From: Candidatus Eiseniibacteriota bacterium
GTDB lineage: Bacteria > Eisenbacteria > RBG-16-71-46 > SZUA-252
Direction of reading: 5' to 3'
Assembly: GCA_963703225.1 (NCBI GenBank)
Contig: OY969801.1
Coordinates: 1,952,001-2,016,000 of the forward strand
Length of the DNA stretch: 64,000 bases
The position numbers were made by a program, and so were the translations under genes. Position 1 is the first letter of the stretch. The number at the start of each line of letters is the position of its first letter. Positions 51,145-61,091 of the stretch are shown here, piece after piece. Below the pieces are notes generated by a model. It had not been told where the DNA came from. It did no database searches and was given only the letters and a program-made list of their open reading frames with translations.

Positions 51145-51723
51145 ATGAAGACGCTATCGCAGGCTTTGCGTCTCGCGATGCCGCTCGTCGTCGCGCTGGT
51201 CTCGGCGCCGGCTCCGGCGGCGGCCGATCAGCTGGCGCCTGGATCCATCGAGTTCGCGCCGACCGTCACGTTCAGCCACCAGAATTTCAAGCGGGAGGGA
51301 TACGGGAACGTCGAGACCTCGACGAGGCTCGACCTCACGCCGACCGTGGGGTTCGTTGTCTCGCGCCACTACGAGGTGACCGCGGCGGTCCTGGCTCGCC
51401 ATCAATCGGACAACGGGAACAGCGACACGGCCCTGGGCGCGTCGGCGGGCCTGATCTACAACTTCTCGGCGACCGGGGGCGTCATCCCGTTCGCGAGCTT
51501 CGGCTTTGGGGCTCTCTTCTACGACGGCTTCTCCTTCGATGAGACGGCCGTGCTCGCGCCCATGGTCGGCGGCGGCGCGCGCATCCTGGTCGGCTCGAAC
51601 GCGGCGGTGAACTTCAACCTCGGTTACCAGCACGAGGCCAACGCCGACGGTGAATTCAACGCGAGCGCGAACCGGGTGGTCGCCGGCGTGGGCGTCTCCC
51701 TCTTCCCCTGGCAGAGGAAGTAG
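51145..51723 (+). CDS. Small outer-membrane beta-barrel protein
   Basis: Signal peptide, alternating strands, YNF...IPF motif, terminal GVSLF; AAGGAG RBS. Confidence 0.75.
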   Translation: MKTLSQALRLAMPLVVALVSAPAPAAADQLAPGSIEFAPTVTFSHQNFKREGYGNVETSTRLDLTPTVGFVVSRHYEVTAAVLARHQSDNGNSDTALGASAGLIYNFSATGGVIPFASFGFGALFYDGFSFDETAVLAPMVGGGARILVGSNAAVNFNLGYQHEANADGEFNASANRVVAGVGVSLFPWQRK

Positions 51724-51791
51724 GGGGAACCGAGAACCTTCGCGAGGGGAAGTAGCGGCCGGTGCCTAGCGGCGCCGGTCCGGGCCAACGG

Positions 51792-52976
51792 CTAGCGCGC
51801 CCGGATCGCGGTATCCAGGCGCTCGATGTCGGCGAGCTCGTTGTAGATCTGGGCCGAGACGCGTACCCAGAGCCGCCCGCGCCGGGCGTGTAGCTCCACC
51901 TCGATGCGATCTTCGTAGAGGAGCGCATCCCGTAGCCGAGCCGCGTCCTCCCGTGTGGACCCCATCCGCTCGTGGAGCGGGATCGTCACCATCGAGCCCA
52001 CCATCGACTCCGGCATTCCAAGCTGGGTCCCCCAACGATCGCTCAAGAGCCGCGCCGCCCCCCAGGCGAGCGCGTGATTGTGGTCCCGAATCGCGTCGAC
52101 TCCCAGGCGACGCATGTACGCGATCGCGTCGGGTGCTACGAGAAAGGCCGAGGGATCTCGAGTACCGAGTAGGTCAAACTCCGCGTGTAGCCCCTGGTCG
52201 AGCCCCCACGAGATCACCGTCGGGTGGAGCCCCTCTCGCCGAGCCGGCGCCACCCAGAGAAATGCCGACGAGCGAGGTGTGAACGCCCACTTGTGCAGGT
52301 TGGCGTAGTACCAGTCGACGCCCAGAGACGGAATGTCGAGTGGAATGGCCCCCGGCGCGTGGGCTCCGTCCACCAGGATCGGAATCCCCCTCGCATGAAA
52401 GCGCTCGGCGATTTCCCGGACCGGGAGGATCAGCGCGCTCTCGGAGGTGATGTGGTCGACGAGGAGAAGGCGCGTGCGCGGGCCGATGGCGGCCACGACG
52501 GCGTCGGCCACCGAGCCGGGATCGACCACGGGATAGGGAAGCTCGACGATTCGCACCGTGGCCCCTCGCTCGCGGGCGGCGAACTTGGCCGCGTTCAAGA
52601 CCCCGCCGTAGGTGTGATCGGTGAGGAGAATTTCGTCTCCGGTCTTCAGGGGTAGCGAGCGGAGCACGGCGTTCGCGCCCGCGGTGGCGTTGTCGACGAA
52701 GACGAGGTCGTCGCCGCTCGCGCCCACAAACTCCGCCACGGCCCCCGCGGCGACGCGGATGCGGGGTGGATCGGTCCGCGGCATTCCGACGATGATCCCG
52801 GTCAGCTCTCGGAGCAGGAACTGGGACGGCCGCCGCTCGATCTCGTCGCGAATCTCCTGCTGCTTGGCGAGCACCCAACGCGGCGCCGCCCCGACGGTCC
52901 CGTGATTCAGGTAGATCGTTTCGGGATCGAGCGCCCACTCCTCGATCCGATGGCGGCCGAACTGCGGCGATCTCAC
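51792..52976 (-). CDS. Class V PLP enzyme (isopenicillin N epimerase/cysteine-lyase-like)
   Basis: YLNHGTVGA, VDNAT, DHITS, VDGAHAPG, NLHKW (PLP Lys), RVSAQIYN; GTGA overlap. Confidence 0.88.
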   Translation of the reverse strand: MRSPQFGRHRIEEWALDPETIYLNHGTVGAAPRWVLAKQQEIRDEIERRPSQFLLRELTGIIVGMPRTDPPRIRVAAGAVAEFVGASGDDLVFVDNATAGANAVLRSLPLKTGDEILLTDHTYGGVLNAAKFAARERGATVRIVELPYPVVDPGSVADAVVAAIGPRTRLLLVDHITSESALILPVREIAERFHARGIPILVDGAHAPGAIPLDIPSLGVDWYYANLHKWAFTPRSSAFLWVAPARREGLHPTVISWGLDQGLHAEFDLLGTRDPSAFLVAPDAIAYMRRLGVDAIRDHNHALAWGAARLLSDRWGTQLGMPESMVGSMVTIPLHERMGSTREDAARLRDALLYEDRIEVELHARRGRLWVRVSAQIYNELADIERLDTAIRAR

Positions 52977-55000
52977 CAGAGCGAATCCGAAACGGCCGGA
53001 GCCGTCACCCGCCTCGCCTCGCTCCCCTGCCTCAGCCAGCGGAGGAGCGCCTCGGCTTCCCAGTCGCCGGGCTTCAATCCAAGGAGCCGTCGCGCGAATC
53101 GAATCGTGGCGTCTCGTCGATTCTGGAGCGCGAGCGTTCGCATCACGGCGCGCACAGCGGCCGTGTCGGCGGGCGAGACACCCAGGGACTGCAAGACTGG
53201 CCCATCGATGTCCCGGCGCGACGGGTTTGCCAAGAACTCGGTGGCCGCCAGGATCGCGTCCTCGCGGGCGATCGATTGTGTCTCCGAAAGCAGAGACGCC
53301 GCGTCGCGGTCCCGTCCGTCGGAAAGCAGGAGCGCGCCGGCCAATCGGCGATTCAGCGCGGCGACATATCCATCCGGGGCGTACATCGAGAGGAGAATCT
53401 GGATGGCCCGATCGATGTTTCCGGTCGCCGCGAGCCCCTGGGCATACGCGCGAAGCGTCGCGCCGTATTCGTAGGTGCTCGAATCGGCGGCCAGAGGTCT
53501 CGCGGCGAGCGTCTGTGTGTCGATTTCGTGGAGGCTCAGATCGGGCGCGACCCAGGCCAGGTGCTCCGACGGCGGATGGGGCCGGCGCCACTCGGGGCGC
53601 ATCGTGTCGATCGAGGGGTCGCGGTACCAGAGGCGGAGCGCCTGAAACCGGAAGAGGTGGAGCGGGACCGCCGGATCCTTGGGCGTGTAGACCGAAAGAT
53701 AGACATGGGTCGGCGTTTCCATGCGTGGGATGCGCGCCCGGATCGCGGCCTCGACCTTCCGGATTCGATCCATCGGAGGTCTCAGATTCCGCTCGGTGAG
53801 GACCTCCGAGCCGAGATCCATCCCACGGCACCAGATCCCCAGACAGAGAAAGACGAGGCAGACTCCCGCGGCCGCCGCCCACGGGAGGCGAGAGAGCGCC
53901 AACGCCAGCAGCATGCTCGTTCCGATCGCGGCCAGCGCCAGGTAGTAGGGCTGCCAGTTGTGCACCAGAACGCTGATCAATAGGAGCGGCGGAACGGCCA
54001 AAAGGAGCGCCCAGGCGACAACCCGCGTGGTGGAGACACGGCTCCCGCTCCCGTCGGGTGCCCGCCACGCCTTCCAGACGCCGATGACGACGAGCGCCGC
54101 GGCGATCAAGAGCGTCGTGTTCAGCTCTTCGGGCCAGACCGTGCCCGCTCCCGGGATGGCCACGTTGAACAGCGTCGCCACTCCCTTCCCCAGCGAACCC
54201 CATCGGTCCGCGCTCTGGATCGTCAGGTAGGCGACACCCGGATTGTCACTTTCCATTCCCCCCGCGAGGAGGCGACGGACGCCCGGGTGCGCGGCGGCCC
54301 ACGCCACGACGAGGAGACCATAGGCGGCGAGATTGGCAGCCAGGCGGCGAGGCGTTTCGCGGCCGAGCCACCGCGCCAGCGCGATCGCGGGTACGAGCGC
54401 GACAGCCGTCTCCTTCGAGAGGAGCGCGCACGCGGTCGCCGCGAGCGCCAGCACCGTCCGTCCGGAAAGCTCCGCGCGGAGCGCCGTCAGGACGAACGCG
54501 ATCGCCAAGAGATCCTGGCAGCCGCTGGTCCATCCCACGATGACCGGAGCCGCCCCCAGGCTCGCGAACGCGACGGCCCCGGCCAATCCCGCGCGGACCC
54601 CGAGGAGCTTGGTCAGGATCGATCCGAGGAGAGCCACCGAGAGAACCAGAATGGCCGCGTTGGCGACCCGCCCCCAGATCGGATGATTGGGGTCGAGCGC
54701 GTAGAGGATGCCGAAGTAGATCTCCCTCGAGATCGGTCGGTAGAAGAGCAAATTCGGGTCAGGGAGGAGCTGGCTCGGGCGAAAACTCTGCGCCCTGCCC
54801 AGAAAGTCGTAGTCATCGAAGAGGTAGGTGAACGAGAACGTCGGAAGCGCGAGCACCACCGCGAGGCCGGCCGGGATGATCATGGCGAGGACCCCACTCC
54901 GCCCTCGCGGGGCGGCTCGTCCAGCGCCCGGCGTCGTCGCCGACCGCGGCGGTGGGGCGGCCCGGCGCCGCGTCGGTGCGCTGGATCGCGCCTTCGTCAC
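52973..55000 (-). CDS. Polytopic GT-C-like membrane protein with soluble C-terminal domain
   Basis: FDDY, FYRPIS, W-x-S-x-QD, LSKETA motifs, about ten hydrophobic segments; GTG 55000 overlaps the upstream stop. Confidence 0.65.
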   Translation of the reverse strand: MTKARSSAPTRRRAAPPPRSATTPGAGRAAPRGRSGVLAMIIPAGLAVVLALPTFSFTYLFDDYDFLGRAQSFRPSQLLPDPNLLFYRPISREIYFGILYALDPNHPIWGRVANAAILVLSVALLGSILTKLLGVRAGLAGAVAFASLGAAPVIVGWTSGCQDLLAIAFVLTALRAELSGRTVLALAATACALLSKETAVALVPAIALARWLGRETPRRLAANLAAYGLLVVAWAAAHPGVRRLLAGGMESDNPGVAYLTIQSADRWGSLGKGVATLFNVAIPGAGTVWPEELNTTLLIAAALVVIGVWKAWRAPDGSGSRVSTTRVVAWALLLAVPPLLLISVLVHNWQPYYLALAAIGTSMLLALALSRLPWAAAAGVCLVFLCLGIWCRGMDLGSEVLTERNLRPPMDRIRKVEAAIRARIPRMETPTHVYLSVYTPKDPAVPLHLFRFQALRLWYRDPSIDTMRPEWRRPHPPSEHLAWVAPDLSLHEIDTQTLAARPLAADSSTYEYGATLRAYAQGLAATGNIDRAIQILLSMYAPDGYVAALNRRLAGALLLSDGRDRDAASLLSETQSIAREDAILAATEFLANPSRRDIDGPVLQSLGVSPADTAAVRAVMRTLALQNRRDATIRFARRLLGLKPGDWEAEALLRWLRQGSEARRVTAPAVSDSLW

Positions 55001-56253
55001 GCGTAACGGTCCGGACGAAGGAGGGCGATATCGATCGACGGCGCTTCCCCCGAGAGCGCTTCGGCGATGAGCTTCCCGGAGATCGGCGCCATGCTCAATC
55101 CCATCATCGCGTGGCCGGTCGCGACGGAGAGATTTTCGAACCGCGCGAAGCGCCCCAAATAGGGAAGGCCGTCGGGGGTGCAGGGCCGAAGGCCACTCCA
55201 GGCGCGGCAGTCGTCGAAATCCTCGGGGCGAAACGCCGGCAGGTGTCGAGCCAGCGAGCGGAGGATTCCGCGGATCCGCGGCGGGCTGATCCCGCCGTTC
55301 CATGCGCCCAACTCCATCGTCCCACCCACCCGAAGCGACGTGCCCATCGGCGTGATGGCGACCCGGCACTCTTGAAGTAGGACCGCCCTTCGCGGTCTCT
55401 CCCTCGGCGTGGGGAGCGTCAGGCTGTATCCCTTTCCGGGTTGGAGCGGGAGGCGGATGCCGAGGGGACGAAGAAGGCGCGACGACCACGATCCGGCCGC
55501 CACCACGAATTCGTCGGCCTCCACGTCTCCACGCGAGGTCACCGCCGCGCGGATCGCGCGGGGACCTCGACTCCAAGATTGGAGGTCCGCCTCCCAAAGA
55601 AATTCTCCGCCCCCCTCGCGGACGAGGCGCGACAGCGACGCGTGGAACCGCTGCGGCGTGACGTGCGAATCGAGGGGGTAGTGGACGCCGCCGACCACCT
55701 TCATGGTGAGCCCGGGCTCGAGGGCCTGGGCGCCCCGCGCGTCGAGGACCTCGGCCGGCATGCCCAGCTCCCGCGACCGCTCGGCGTGGCGGATCTCCTC
55801 GCGGAGGCCGCGCTCGGACTGGAAGAGGGCGAGGAGCCCTTCTCGAACGAGCTCGAACTCGTTCCGCGTCTTCTCGGACAGCTCCACGAACAGCTCCCGG
55901 CTCGCGAGGTTGAGATCGCGGAGCAGAGGCCCGGCCCGGCGGGCCCGCTCGGGGTTGGAGGCTCGCCAGAAGCGCCACCCCCAGGCGAGGAACGCGGGGT
56001 CGAGGCGGGGAGGGACGTAGAAGGGGCTCTCGGGGTCGGCCATCCAGCGGATCGCCTGCCCCACCATTCCCGGGGCGGCCAGCGGCACGAAATGGCTGGG
56101 GGAAATGTATCCCGCGTTCCCGAGGGAGCAGCAGTCGTGGTCGGCCGGGCCGCGTTCGATGACGGTGACCCGGTGCCCCCGCGTGAGGAGAGAGTGGGCG
56201 CAGCAGAGGCCGATCACTCCCCCGCCGACGATCGCGACCTGTTTGGCCCCCAC
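54997..56253 (-). CDS. D-amino-acid dehydrogenase-family FAD oxidoreductase
   Basis: GGGVIG, S-x-GNAG, GKGYS, GLRPCTPDGLP, GHAMMG. Confidence 0.9.
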   Translation of the reverse strand: MGAKQVAIVGGGVIGLCCAHSLLTRGHRVTVIERGPADHDCCSLGNAGYISPSHFVPLAAPGMVGQAIRWMADPESPFYVPPRLDPAFLAWGWRFWRASNPERARRAGPLLRDLNLASRELFVELSEKTRNEFELVREGLLALFQSERGLREEIRHAERSRELGMPAEVLDARGAQALEPGLTMKVVGGVHYPLDSHVTPQRFHASLSRLVREGGGEFLWEADLQSWSRGPRAIRAAVTSRGDVEADEFVVAAGSWSSRLLRPLGIRLPLQPGKGYSLTLPTPRERPRRAVLLQECRVAITPMGTSLRVGGTMELGAWNGGISPPRIRGILRSLARHLPAFRPEDFDDCRAWSGLRPCTPDGLPYLGRFARFENLSVATGHAMMGLSMAPISGKLIAEALSGEAPSIDIALLRPDRYA

Positions 56254-56418
56254 TACCCCCGGACCCCGGATTGGGTTCTCACGGCGCCATCATAAGGGCG
56301 GTTTCGGCGGGGACGAAGCGCTAGTCGCTCGCGCTGGCGGCGGCGCGACCGAGGTGCTACGTTCCTGGGTCCCCAAGACCCGGAAGGAGGCTCGACGATG
56401 GGATCGGACGAAAGGAAT

Positions 56419-56697
56419 ATGGATCGGCGGAGATTCGTCCAGCTCCTCGCCGCGGGCGCCGCAGCGGCGGCCACCGTCCCGATCGCAGACGCCCACGGGG
56501 CGGAAACGCACGAAGGGGAATGGTCGCAGGCCAAGCATCCACCCCGCCGCGCGATGAGCGCCGCCATGCGGAAAGAGATCGAGAGCCAGAAGAAGTCGGT
56601 GGCCGACATGCTCAAGGTCGTGCGCTCGTTCGAGCTCCCCGCCGGGAGCCCCCCCGCGACGATCTTTCGCGCACTGAAATCTGGGAGGACACGGTGA
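56419..56697 (+). CDS. Small Tat-signal protein, putative amidase partner subunit
   Basis: MDRRRFV twin-arginine motif, Ala-rich h-region, AxA site; GTGA overlap with the amidase. Confidence 0.7.
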   Translation: MDRRRFVQLLAAGAAAAATVPIADAHGAETHEGEWSQAKHPPRRAMSAAMRKEIESQKKSVADMLKVVRSFELPAGSPPATIFRALKSGRTR

Positions 56698-58109
56698 GCA
56701 CGATTGGCGAGGATATCCTCTACCTCCCGGCGGTCGAGCTGGGGGACCGGATCCATTCGCGTCGTCTCTCTCCGGTCGAGCTGACCCAGGCGTACCTGGA
56801 CCGCATCCGAAAGTATGGCTCCATGCTGAACGCGTTCGCGACGGTGACGCCGGATCTCGCCTTGGCTCAGGCGCGCGAAGCCGAGCAGGAGATCGGTCGA
56901 GGCCGCATCAAGAGCCCGCTCCACGGCGTCCCCTACGGCGCCAAGGACCTCCTCGCGACCGCCGGCACCAAGACGACCTGGGGCGCCCAGCCGACGCGGG
57001 ACCAAGTGTTTGACACCGACGCGACGGTGATCCGGAAGCTGCGCGAGGCGGGCGCGGTCCTGCTCGGCAAGCTCGCCATGGTGGAGTTCGCGGGTTGCCT
57101 CGGCTACCGCTACGCCGACGCTTCGCTCCAGGGTCCCGGGCGAAATCCCTGGAACCGGGACCACTGGACGGGCGGATCCTCGTCGGGTTCCGGAGCGGCG
57201 GTGGCGGCCGGGCTCGTCGGATTCGCCATCGGCACCGAGACGTGGGGCTCGATCCTCTGCCCCTCGGCCTTCTGCGGGATCACCGGCCTTCGGCCCACGT
57301 ACGGACGCGTCAGCCGCTCCGGCGGGATGGTTGGCTCCTGGACGCTCGACAAGATCGGGCCGCTCGCACGCTCGGCCGCCGATTGCCGCGCGATCTTGCA
57401 GGCGATCGCGGGGGTCGATCCCGAAGACCCAAGCAGCTCGGAGGAACCGGTAAAACTGGGACGGCGCAAGCCCGACCTGTCGCGGCTTCGGGCCGCGCTG
57501 ATCCCGATGGATTTCGCGAAGACGAAAGGCGCGGAGGCGGAGGTGAAGCAGGCGTTCGACAGCGCCGTCTCCGAGCTGAAGGCCATGGGCCTCGCGATCG
57601 AGGAGACGACGCTGCCGGAGTTTCCCGCAAGCGAGGTGGCGACGACCGTGCTCTACGCCGAGGCGATCTGCACCTTCGAGAACTTCTTCCGCGACGGGTC
57701 GGTCTGGAAGCTTCACGACGTGTACGCGCCCTATCAGAGTGAGATCGCGAGGCCCGTGACCGGCGCCGACTACGTCAAGGCGATGCGGATGCGCGCCGTC
57801 CTGCAGCGGAAGATGGTCGATTTCCACGCGAAGTACGACGTGATCGTGACGCCGAATTTCCTGTCCGTATCGCCGGCGATCAAGGACGATCTCACCAAGA
57901 CCCTTCCCTACCCGGATCCGGTGGGTGCGATCGGCAACGCCTGCGGGCTCCCCGCGATCGCGCTGCCCTGCGGCTTCGGCCGCGGCCACCTGCCGGCGGG
58001 CTTTCAGATCATGGGGTCGGCTTTCGAGGAGGGGCTCCTCCTCGACCTGGGCGAGGCCTATCAGGCGCGCACGGGATATCACCGGGAGCGGCCTCCGCTC
58101 CCAACCTAA
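56694..58109 (+). CDS. Amidase-signature enzyme (GatA/AtzE-like)
   Basis: PLHGVPYGAKD, GGSSSGS, GTETWGSI catalytic triad; GTG start with GGGAGG RBS. Confidence 0.92.
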   Translation: MSTIGEDILYLPAVELGDRIHSRRLSPVELTQAYLDRIRKYGSMLNAFATVTPDLALAQAREAEQEIGRGRIKSPLHGVPYGAKDLLATAGTKTTWGAQPTRDQVFDTDATVIRKLREAGAVLLGKLAMVEFAGCLGYRYADASLQGPGRNPWNRDHWTGGSSSGSGAAVAAGLVGFAIGTETWGSILCPSAFCGITGLRPTYGRVSRSGGMVGSWTLDKIGPLARSAADCRAILQAIAGVDPEDPSSSEEPVKLGRRKPDLSRLRAALIPMDFAKTKGAEAEVKQAFDSAVSELKAMGLAIEETTLPEFPASEVATTVLYAEAICTFENFFRDGSVWKLHDVYAPYQSEIARPVTGADYVKAMRMRAVLQRKMVDFHAKYDVIVTPNFLSVSPAIKDDLTKTLPYPDPVGAIGNACGLPAIALPCGFGRGHLPAGFQIMGSAFEEGLLLDLGEAYQARTGYHRERPPLPT

Positions 58110-58121
58110 AAGGAGACTCAT

Positions 58122-58307
58122 TTGTCGAGAGATGGACGACGTTCCTGGCTTCGCAAGCGGTGGAAGAGAGCGGAAACCCTGAAGCGCCTCAAGCTGCGCT
58201 ACCAAGCCGCGAGGAGGGAGGAGCGTACGCTGATCGTCGAGAAGCTTCGCCGCGTGGCGCCCTGGCTCACGGAAGAGGATCTCGGCTCGAAGGCGCGCGC
58301 TCATTGA
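58122..58307 (+). CDS. Small basic helical protein (possibly DUF6800-like)
   Basis: TTG start with AGGAG RBS; Arg/Lys-rich, ends KLRRVAPW; TTGA overlap with the next gene. Confidence 0.55.
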   Translation: MSRDGRRSWLRKRWKRAETLKRLKLRYQAARREERTLIVEKLRRVAPWLTEEDLGSKARAH

Positions 58308-59587
58308 GCACAACCCCAGCCCACGTGGGGGCCCGCCGCGCGCGCGTCGCCAAGGCCTGGGGACTTCGCGACGAGGTCGTCCTGATCGGGGCCGGCGACC
58401 GGATTCTCATTCCCGGATCGGGCGACCAGAACTACCCCTTCCGGTCCCACCCCGAGTACTACTACCTCACCGACCGAGAATGCCCGGGTGCCTTGCTCGC
58501 ATTCGATCCGCACGACGGGTGGACCGACTTCGTTCCCGACGTCACCGACCGCGAGCGCATCTGGGAAGCGGCGTCCCAGGCGGAGGGAACCTCGATCGGC
58601 CTGCTGGGGGCGTGGCTCGCGGCGCGCGGAGGACGGCCCGTCGCCATGCTGGGCTGCGAGCTTCCGGGCCAGCGCTTTGACATGCCGCGGACGGTGGCCT
58701 TTCAAGAGATCCTCTCCCACGCGCGCCGACCCAAGGATGAGGTCGAGCTAACCCGGATCCGCGCGGCGGCGGCCTCCACCGCCGCGGGCTACGCGCGTGC
58801 GAAGGAGGTCATCCGACCCGGCGTGAGCGAGCGGACGATCGCGCTCGAGCTGGAGTGCGCCTTTCTCCGCGCCGGAGCCGATGGTCTCGCCTATGACACC
58901 ATCGTCGGATCGGGACCGAACTCGGCGGTGCTCCACTTCGCGCCCACCGACCGGATCTTGGCCGCGGGAGAGCTGGTGCTGATCGACGCCGCGGCCGGGG
59001 CGGGGCGGTACGCGTGCGACGTGACGCGGACCTTTCCGGCCACCGGCACGTTCACGCCCGAACAGCGCGATCTCTACGACCTGGTCCTCTCCATCGAGCG
59101 ACGCGCGATCGAGCGTTGCCGCACCGGCGCGGAGCTGGTGGAGATCCACCTGGCGGCCTTCCGCGAGACGGCTGAGGGGCTCGCCTCGATGGGAATCGTC
59201 CGCGGCTCGCCCGATGATTTGATCGAGCGGGGAGCGATCGAGCTCTTCTTTCCGCATGGGATCTCGCACATGGTCGGTCTCGGCGTCCGCGACGCCCGAG
59301 GGTCGTTTCCGGGACGAAAGCCCAGCGACCGGCCCGGGCGAAAGCTCCAGCGAACCGATCTCCCGCTCACGCCCGGGCACGTCATCACCATCGAGCCGGG
59401 GATCTACTTCATCCCCGCGCTGCTCCAGAACCCGGAGCGCCGGGCGAAGCTTGCCGACGCCGTCTCCTGGCCCAAGGTTGACGCGTGGTGCGCGCAGGGC
59501 GGAATCCGGATCGAGGACACGGTGCACGTCACCCCAGGCGCGCCGGAAGTAATCACGTCGGGGGCCAGCGGGCCGCAGGCGCTATAG
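58304..59587 (+). CDS. pepP: Xaa-Pro aminopeptidase (M24B)
   Basis: NSAVLHF, LIDA, CDVTRTFP, FPHGISH, TIEPGIYF, GIRIED metal ligands. Confidence 0.88.
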   Translation: MSTTPAHVGARRARVAKAWGLRDEVVLIGAGDRILIPGSGDQNYPFRSHPEYYYLTDRECPGALLAFDPHDGWTDFVPDVTDRERIWEAASQAEGTSIGLLGAWLAARGGRPVAMLGCELPGQRFDMPRTVAFQEILSHARRPKDEVELTRIRAAAASTAAGYARAKEVIRPGVSERTIALELECAFLRAGADGLAYDTIVGSGPNSAVLHFAPTDRILAAGELVLIDAAAGAGRYACDVTRTFPATGTFTPEQRDLYDLVLSIERRAIERCRTGAELVEIHLAAFRETAEGLASMGIVRGSPDDLIERGAIELFFPHGISHMVGLGVRDARGSFPGRKPSDRPGRKLQRTDLPLTPGHVITIEPGIYFIPALLQNPERRAKLADAVSWPKVDAWCAQGGIRIEDTVHVTPGAPEVITSGASGPQAL

Positions 59588-59597
59588 TCAGGGTGGT

Positions 59598-59999
59598 ATG
59601 AAGCGCCCCCTGGGAATCTACCTCCTCTGCCTCGTCGTGCTCGCCTCGCTCGCCGGCGGGATCGTTTGCTGGACCGCGATCGTCCCCCGCCTGATCGTGG
59701 GTCCGGGCCCCATCACGTGGGTGGAGTGGCTCGCGATCGCGATCTTGAGCGCGCTCCCGTTCAGCGCGCCGCCCGCGGCCGTCGGCGCGTGGCAACGGTC
59801 GCGGTGGGCCCCGGGAGCTGTCGCCATCTGGGGCGCGCTCTGGGTTGGCGAGATGACGCTGACCTTCGTGGCTGCCGGCGCGCTGGCGGGCCTCGGCGGT
59901 GTCGAGTGGGTATTGCCGTGGATCGCGATCCTCGTCGCGGCGTTCGGGCTGGCCGCGGTGGTCCGCTTCGTGCGACGCGTCGTCTCGACCGGGGACTAA
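59598..59999 (+). CDS. Hypothetical four-TM membrane protein
   Basis: MKRPLG start, four hydrophobic helices. Confidence 0.6.
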   Translation: MKRPLGIYLLCLVVLASLAGGIVCWTAIVPRLIVGPGPITWVEWLAIAILSALPFSAPPAAVGAWQRSRWAPGAVAIWGALWVGEMTLTFVAAGALAGLGGVEWVLPWIAILVAAFGLAAVVRFVRRVVSTGD

Positions 60000-60232
60000 G
60001 CGGAGAGCAAGGCCTCCACCTGCCGCAAGACCTTCTTCGCGCTCGGGGCGATCAGAATTCCCCACGAACGAAAGGCCGATCTCCCATCGACGGTCACCGA
60101 GAGCTCCCCCAGCCCGCCGCGCGTGATCTCGGCTCGCACATCGGGAACGCGGCCCAACTCCGCCGCCACCCGCTCGGCCACGGCGCGCCGTGCCGGGCAA
60201 ATGGGGCAAGTTCGTATGACCACGTGACGCAC
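59996..60232 (-). CDS. Small Rdx/SelW-like thioredoxin-fold protein with CPIC motif
   Basis: VVIRTCPIC, A-x-RVAAEL, GGLGELSVTVDG; GTG start with GGGAGG RBS. Confidence 0.6.
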   Translation of the reverse strand: MRHVVIRTCPICPARRAVAERVAAELGRVPDVRAEITRGGLGELSVTVDGRSAFRSWGILIAPSAKKVLRQVEALLSA

Positions 60233-60503
60233 GAAACAGCCCTCCCTAGCCGCCGCTCGAGTGGCCGCCAAGGGCCTGGCGGGCCGCTGAGAGCCTTTTC
60301 TCGGCCCGGTCCAGGTCAGGGCCCGGGATCGGCGATTGTATTGCCTCCCGAAGCGCCGCGGCGGCTCCTATGGTGCCTCGGGCGCGGTCCACTTGCCCAG
60401 CCGCGCCGCCGCCCCCACGATCGGAGGTCTGCTGCCTTCATACTACAAGCGGTCTTCCGGGGACGCCAGGACGCCCTCGGAGTTTTTCGGGCGAGACCCA
60501 ACC

Positions 60504-61091
60504 TTGACTGAGACGGCTCCCTTCCGCGCCATCGCCGGGGGCGTCCTCCTCGCGGCCTTGGGAATCTCGGCCTACTTCCGGGCGAGGGCGGAGCGCGGGG
60601 GCTCGCCGCTCACGGAGCGCGCGCCAGACCGCGTTCTCGTCCGGCTCCTCCGCCTGGTGGCGCTCTCCCTCTGGATCCTGATCCTGATCGATCCGCCGTG
60701 GCTGGAATGGAGCCGCGTCCCGCTCCCTCTCTGGCTTCGCTGGACCGGCGTGGGGGCGGCGACCCTGCTCCTCGCGGCCGTCGCGTGGACGCTCGGCTCT
60801 CTGGGAAACAACGTCACCCCGACCTACGTCACCCGAGAGGAGCACCAGCTGGTCACCCTCGGGCCCTACCGCTGGGTGCGCCACCCCCTCTACGCCGCGG
60901 GGCTCGCGATGCACGTAGCGCTGGCCGTCGTCCTGGCAAGCTGGCTTGTCGCGGCGATGGGGGTGGTGTTCCTCGCGCTTCTCCCCCTCCGCGTCCGCCG
61001 CGAGGAGGAGCACCTGGTCGCGCGCTTCGGCGACGCCTACCGCGAGTACCGACGCCGCGCCGGGGCGCTCTTCCCCAGGCTCTTTCGGTAG
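60504..61091 (+). CDS. Isoprenylcysteine carboxyl methyltransferase-family membrane protein
   Basis: LGNN, HQLVT-x-GPYRWVRHPLY, EE-x-L-x-RFGDAY-x-Y. Confidence 0.88.
   Translation: MTETAPFRAIAGGVLLAALGISAYFRARAERGGSPLTERAPDRVLVRLLRLVALSLWILILIDPPWLEWSRVPLPLWLRWTGVGAATLLLAAVAWTLGSLGNNVTPTYVTREEHQLVTLGPYRWVRHPLYAAGLAMHVALAVVLASWLVAAMGVVFLALLPLRVRREEEHLVARFGDAYREYRRRAGALFPRLFR

Noticed and set aside
52973..55978. Apparent very long N-terminal extensions (1001-aa ORF, 803-aa aminotransferase, 431-aa EVE, 1291-aa RND)
   Set aside because: The extensions overlap upstream genes in another frame; true starts are marked by start/stop overlaps or close spacing to the upstream stop
56694..58109. gatA of the tRNA amidotransferase
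   Set aside because: No gatB adjacent, the motif is GTETWGSI rather than SDTGGSIR, and the partner has a Tat signal
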